Source: Nostoc sp. (GTDB lineage: Bacteria; Cyanobacteriota; Cyanobacteriia; Cyanobacteriales; Nostocaceae). Taken from it: a DNA stretch of 64,000 nt. Shown in pieces: positions 60,655 to 64,000 of this stretch (position 1 is the stretch's first letter; every line of letters starts with the position of its first letter). The notes below the pieces were generated by a model. That model ran no database searches, was not told the origin of the DNA, and worked only from the letters and a program-made list of their open reading frames with translations. The position numbers were made by a program, and so were the translations under genes. The stretch covers positions 64,001 through 128,000 of the forward strand of contig JBALDB010000009.1 in assembly GCA_036918135.1 (NCBI GenBank), written 5' to 3'.

Positions 60655-62166
60655 ATGAACTTCCGTGATGAGTTTAAACTACTGCTACGTGCCCGCTACC
60701 CTTTGATTTATATTCCCACTTACGAAGAGGAGCGAGTAGAAGCAGCTATCCGCGAAGAAGCAACCAACCAGGGTAATCGCCCAGTGTATACTTGGGATTT
60801 TGTCGATGGATACCAAGGAAACCCCAATGATGTTGGTTATGGGCGGCGTAATCCCCTGCAAGCTTTGGAATTCATTGAAAAATTATCGGCTTCCGCACCT
60901 GCGGTATTGATTTTACGAGATTATCATCGCTTTTTAGATGATGTAGCGATCGCCCGCAAACTTCGCAATCTGGCTCGACTGCTTAAGTCGCAACCCAAAA
61001 ATATTGTATTGCTGTCGCCCCGCATTGCCATTCCTGACGATTTAAGCGAAGTGCTGACAGTCGTCGAGTTTCCCTTACCCAGCGCCCCAGAAATAAAAAC
61101 TGAGGTGGAACGTTTACTGCAAAGTACTGGTAACTCGCTTTCGGGCAAATTTATAGATGACTTAGTGCGCTCTTGTCAAGGACTTTCGATGGAACGGATT
61201 CGGCGGGTTTTGGCAAGAGCGATCGCTAGCCACGGCGAATTGCAGCCAGAAGACGTAGATTTGGTTTTGGAAGAAAAGCGTCAAACTATCCGCCAAACCC
61301 AAATCCTGGACTTTTACCCCGCCACTGAGCAAATTTCTGATATTGGCGGACTCGATAACTTAAAAGACTGGCTGATTCGTCGGGGAGGCTCATTTACTCA
61401 GCGGGCGCGCCAGTACGGATTACCGCACCCTCGTGGTTTAATGTTGGTGGGTATTCAGGGAACTGGTAAATCGTTAACCGCAAAAGCGATCGCTCATCAC
61501 TGGCATTTACCTTTGCTACGTTTGGATGTCGGGCGGTTATTTGGTGGTTTGGTGGGCGAATCAGAATCTCGCACTCGCCAAATGATTCAGGTAGCTGAAG
61601 CTCTCGCCCCCTGTATTTTATGGATTGATGAAATAGATAAAGCCTTTTCTGGACTTGGTAGTAAAGGTGATGCGGGCACAACTAGCCGCGTATTTGGCAC
61701 ATTTATTAACTGGCTAGCAGAAAAAACTTCACCCGTGTTTGTTGTTGCTACCGCCAACGATATCCAAGCCCTACCACCAGAAATGCTGCGTAAAGGGCGA
61801 TTTGATGAAATTTTCTTTGTCGGTTTGCCTACCCAAGAAGAGAGAAAAGCTATTTTTAACGTTCATTTATCCCGACTACGCCCCCATAACTTAAAAAGTT
61901 ACGACATCGACAGGTTAGCATACGAGACACCCGATTTTTCTGGAGCAGAAATTGAGCAAACTTTAATTGAAGCGATGCATATTGGATTTAGCCAAAACCG
62001 TGATTTTACTAAAGACGATATTTTAGAGGCTGCCAGTCAAATCATTCCCTTAGCACGAACTGCTGTAGAACAAATTCAGCAACTTCAAGAATGGGCTGCT
62101 GCGGGGAGAGCGCGTTTAGCATCGAAACACAGCCCTTTGAGCGATACCTTCGGTAAGCTACGCTAA
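60655..62166 (+). CDS. ycf46: Ycf46-family AAA ATPase
   Basis: LLRARYPLIYI, GIQGTGKSLTAK, WIDEIDK, LRKGRFDEIFFV. Confidence 0.92.
   Translation: MNFRDEFKLLLRARYPLIYIPTYEEERVEAAIREEATNQGNRPVYTWDFVDGYQGNPNDVGYGRRNPLQALEFIEKLSASAPAVLILRDYHRFLDDVAIARKLRNLARLLKSQPKNIVLLSPRIAIPDDLSEVLTVVEFPLPSAPEIKTEVERLLQSTGNSLSGKFIDDLVRSCQGLSMERIRRVLARAIASHGELQPEDVDLVLEEKRQTIRQTQILDFYPATEQISDIGGLDNLKDWLIRRGGSFTQRARQYGLPHPRGLMLVGIQGTGKSLTAKAIAHHWHLPLLRLDVGRLFGGLVGESESRTRQMIQVAEALAPCILWIDEIDKAFSGLGSKGDAGTTSRVFGTFINWLAEKTSPVFVVATANDIQALPPEMLRKGRFDEIFFVGLPTQEERKAIFNVHLSRLRPHNLKSYDIDRLAYETPDFSGAEIEQTLIEAMHIGFSQNRDFTKDDILEAASQIIPLARTAVEQIQQLQEWAAAGRARLASKHSPLSDTFGKLR
62146..62166 (+). mobile_element. 21-nt small dispersed repeat inserted into a HIP1 site
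   Basis: GCGAT[ACCTTCGGTAAGCTACGCTAA]CGC; related 12-nt insert at 49954-49965. Confidence 0.7.
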
Positions 62167-62285
62167 CGCATTCACTGACAGCTAGAATAATCGATTAGTC
62201 AACAGTTCAAGGTCAATAGTTAACGATCGATTATCATGGACTATTGATTCTGATACCAATGCCCTAAATTGCTTTTGTGCTTGTA

Positions 62286-62461
62286 TAGCTGTAGTCACAT
62301 AAGTTAGGAACAAGATGATAAGCGTGAATGCTAGAAATTGTAATAGTTTTACCTCGTGCCTCCTGCCGACGCTCTCTACAAGACGCTCTTGCTAGCTTGC
62401 TTCTCTGTAAGAGTACGCGGACACGGCTTAGCTGCGCTATCCTGCCTTCTGCCTCCTGCTA
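62286..62461 (+). mobile_element. MITE family C copy with a nested small-repeat insertion
   Basis: TA|TAGCTGTAGTCAC...TTTTACCTCGTGCCTCCTGCC[insert]TCCTGCCTTCTGCCTCCTGCTA|TA. Confidence 0.7.
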
Positions 62462-62501
62462 TAGCTGTTGACTCTTAATCTTTGATAATCAGGTTTTAAT
62501 T

Positions 62502-63014
62502 ATGTTGTCTGGCTTGATAAAGTATATACTTGGGATTTTCTTGGCGCTTGCTGTGTTAGTAGGTGGCGGTGTTGCAGTTGCACTTTATTTCATGAATCGT
62601 ACCGGCATAGCCCCTGCCAAACCGATTTTTTCCAATGATAGCCCCTCGGTGAAAGCCCAAGCTCCAAAAGCAACCCAGCCTGGAGGTAAACCTACCTCTA
62701 CACCAGGGGCAACAACTCAATCATCTCCAAAACCAACCTCTACTCCTACCCCTACTGAATCTCCTAAGGCTACCCCATCCCCAAAACCATTGCCGTCAGG
62801 AGCTTACCGAGGGCGCGTAAGTTGGGCTGAAGGGTTGATTTTGCGGGCACAACCAAATCAAGATGCTGAACGAATTGGTGGCGTTGGTTTTAATCAAAAA
62901 ATTATTATCTTGGAACAAAGTGAGGATAAAGCCTGGCAAAAAATCCGTTTGGAAAATACCGAACAAGAAGGTTGGGTGAAAGCAGGTAATACTGAAAAAA
63001 CTAATGAACAATAG
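62502..63014 (+). CDS. Membrane-anchored SH3b-domain protein with Pro/Thr linker
   Basis: N-terminal TM, PT-rich linker, GLILRAQP...WQKIR...EGWVKAGN. Confidence 0.88.
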   Translation: MLSGLIKYILGIFLALAVLVGGGVAVALYFMNRTGIAPAKPIFSNDSPSVKAQAPKATQPGGKPTSTPGATTQSSPKPTSTPTPTESPKATPSPKPLPSGAYRGRVSWAEGLILRAQPNQDAERIGGVGFNQKIIILEQSEDKAWQKIRLENTEQEGWVKAGNTEKTNEQ

Positions 63015-63128
63015 TTTAGAAAAACGCTGCCAACAGGACAATCACAATATCTATTGCAATCAGGAAAGCAATATCAAAAATTCATATGTCTTTACTCAAG
63101 ATACTCATTTGGGTTGAGATTGCTTTCC

Positions 63129-64000
63129 TTAAAAATAAGAAGTATGTATCAAAGCATCAATCGGAAGTTCAATTATAAAAGTTGTTTCTTGTCCTTGAAC
63201 AGAAATACAGTTGAGTTTACCACCATGTTTTTGAACGATAATTTGATAACTAATCGATAACCCTAATCCAGCTCCTTGTCCAACTGGTTTAGTTGTGAAA
63301 AAAGGATCGTATATCTTATGTTGTACATCCTTACTAATCCCATAACCATTATCAGAAATTTGAATACTGACCCAACCGACTTGATGAACGTCTGTTTTAA
63401 TTCGGATCAAAGGTGTAAAGCTTGACTGTAATTTAATGTGATAATTAAGCTTTTCTTCCAAGACATCAATCGCATTGGTTAGAATGTTGAAAAATACTTG
63501 GTTCAATTCTTGGGGATAACAACTAATTAGAGGTAAATTCCCATATTCTTTAATTACAATAATTTGGGGTCGATTGCTTGATGAATAACTAATACGGTTC
63601 TGAAGAATCAGCAGTGTTGAATCAAGCCCTTCGTGGATGTCCACAGCTTTAAATTGTGCCTCATCTAAACGAGAAAAGTTACGCAGGGATTCCACAATAT
63701 ATTTAATCCGGTTGGCTCCAGTTTGCATTGATTCGAGTAGTTTAGGTAAATCTTTAATCAAAAATGGTAAATCAATAAATTCGATTTTAGCTTGAACTGC
63801 AAGTACTGGATTTGGATAATGTTCTTGATAGATATTGATTAATTCTAAAATTTCTCGCAGATAAATTTCTGTATGAAATAGGTTTCCATAAATGAAGTTA
63901 ATTGGATTATTAATCTCATGAGCAACTCCTGCTACTATTTGTTCCAAAGACGACATTTTTTCTGCCTGAATAAATTGCAATTGAGCTTTTTGAAGTGCCA
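63129..64000 (-). CDS. Histidine kinase, C-terminal part (gene continues beyond the window)
   Basis: AGVAHEINNP, LRNFSRLDE, FFTTKPVGQGAGLGLSISYQI. Confidence 0.93.
   Translation of the reverse strand, partial: ALQKAQLQFIQAEKMSSLEQIVAGVAHEINNPINFIYGNLFHTEIYLREILELINIYQEHYPNPVLAVQAKIEFIDLPFLIKDLPKLLESMQTGANRIKYIVESLRNFSRLDEAQFKAVDIHEGLDSTLLILQNRISYSSSNRPQIIVIKEYGNLPLISCYPQELNQVFFNILTNAIDVLEEKLNYHIKLQSSFTPLIRIKTDVHQVGWVSIQISDNGYGISKDVQHKIYDPFFTTKPVGQGAGLGLSISYQIIVQKHGGKLNCISVQGQETTFIIELPIDALIHTSYF

Overview
Chromosomal segment of a filamentous cyanobacterium, most likely Nostocales. Evidence: very frequent HIP1 octamer GCGATCGC, heptamer tandem repeats, petN, CAB-tailed ferrochelatase, and a PrcA-type protease. 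Layout from left to right: a putative desiccation/akinete cluster (AvaK/YsnF-type PRC-DUF2382 protein, lipoprotein, 173-aa protein, ~1050-aa membrane protein with exact 98-aa repeats, aqpZ); a divergent locus with a degenerate asparagine-synthetase-like ligase, a free-standing copy of a subtilase pro-region, and the Ca-dependent subtilase prcA; a CPT-like kinase; thiC with a TPP riboswitch; a KimA-like transporter; hemH; purB; a branched-chain amino-acid ABC operon lacking livF; moaC; tRNA-Arg(ACG); cell-wall enzymes; an ethylene-receptor-type hybrid kinase and a multi-GAF cyanobacteriochrome kinase arranged divergently around petN; an AT-rich frameshifted Zn-ribbon/DUF4145/HEAT gene; pntAB; and the rpmH-rnpA-yidC-jag-yceD-ycf46 cluster. 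Intergenic DNA holds at least three MITE families with readable target-site duplications, REP-like hairpins, a 21-nt insertion in a HIP1 site and several pseudogenes. No CRISPR array, integrase or transposase was seen. The best candidate for an undescribed system is the AsnB-like ligase / stand-alone propeptide / PrcA locus (7768-12415). All family assignments come from motif recognition by eye; no database searches were run.
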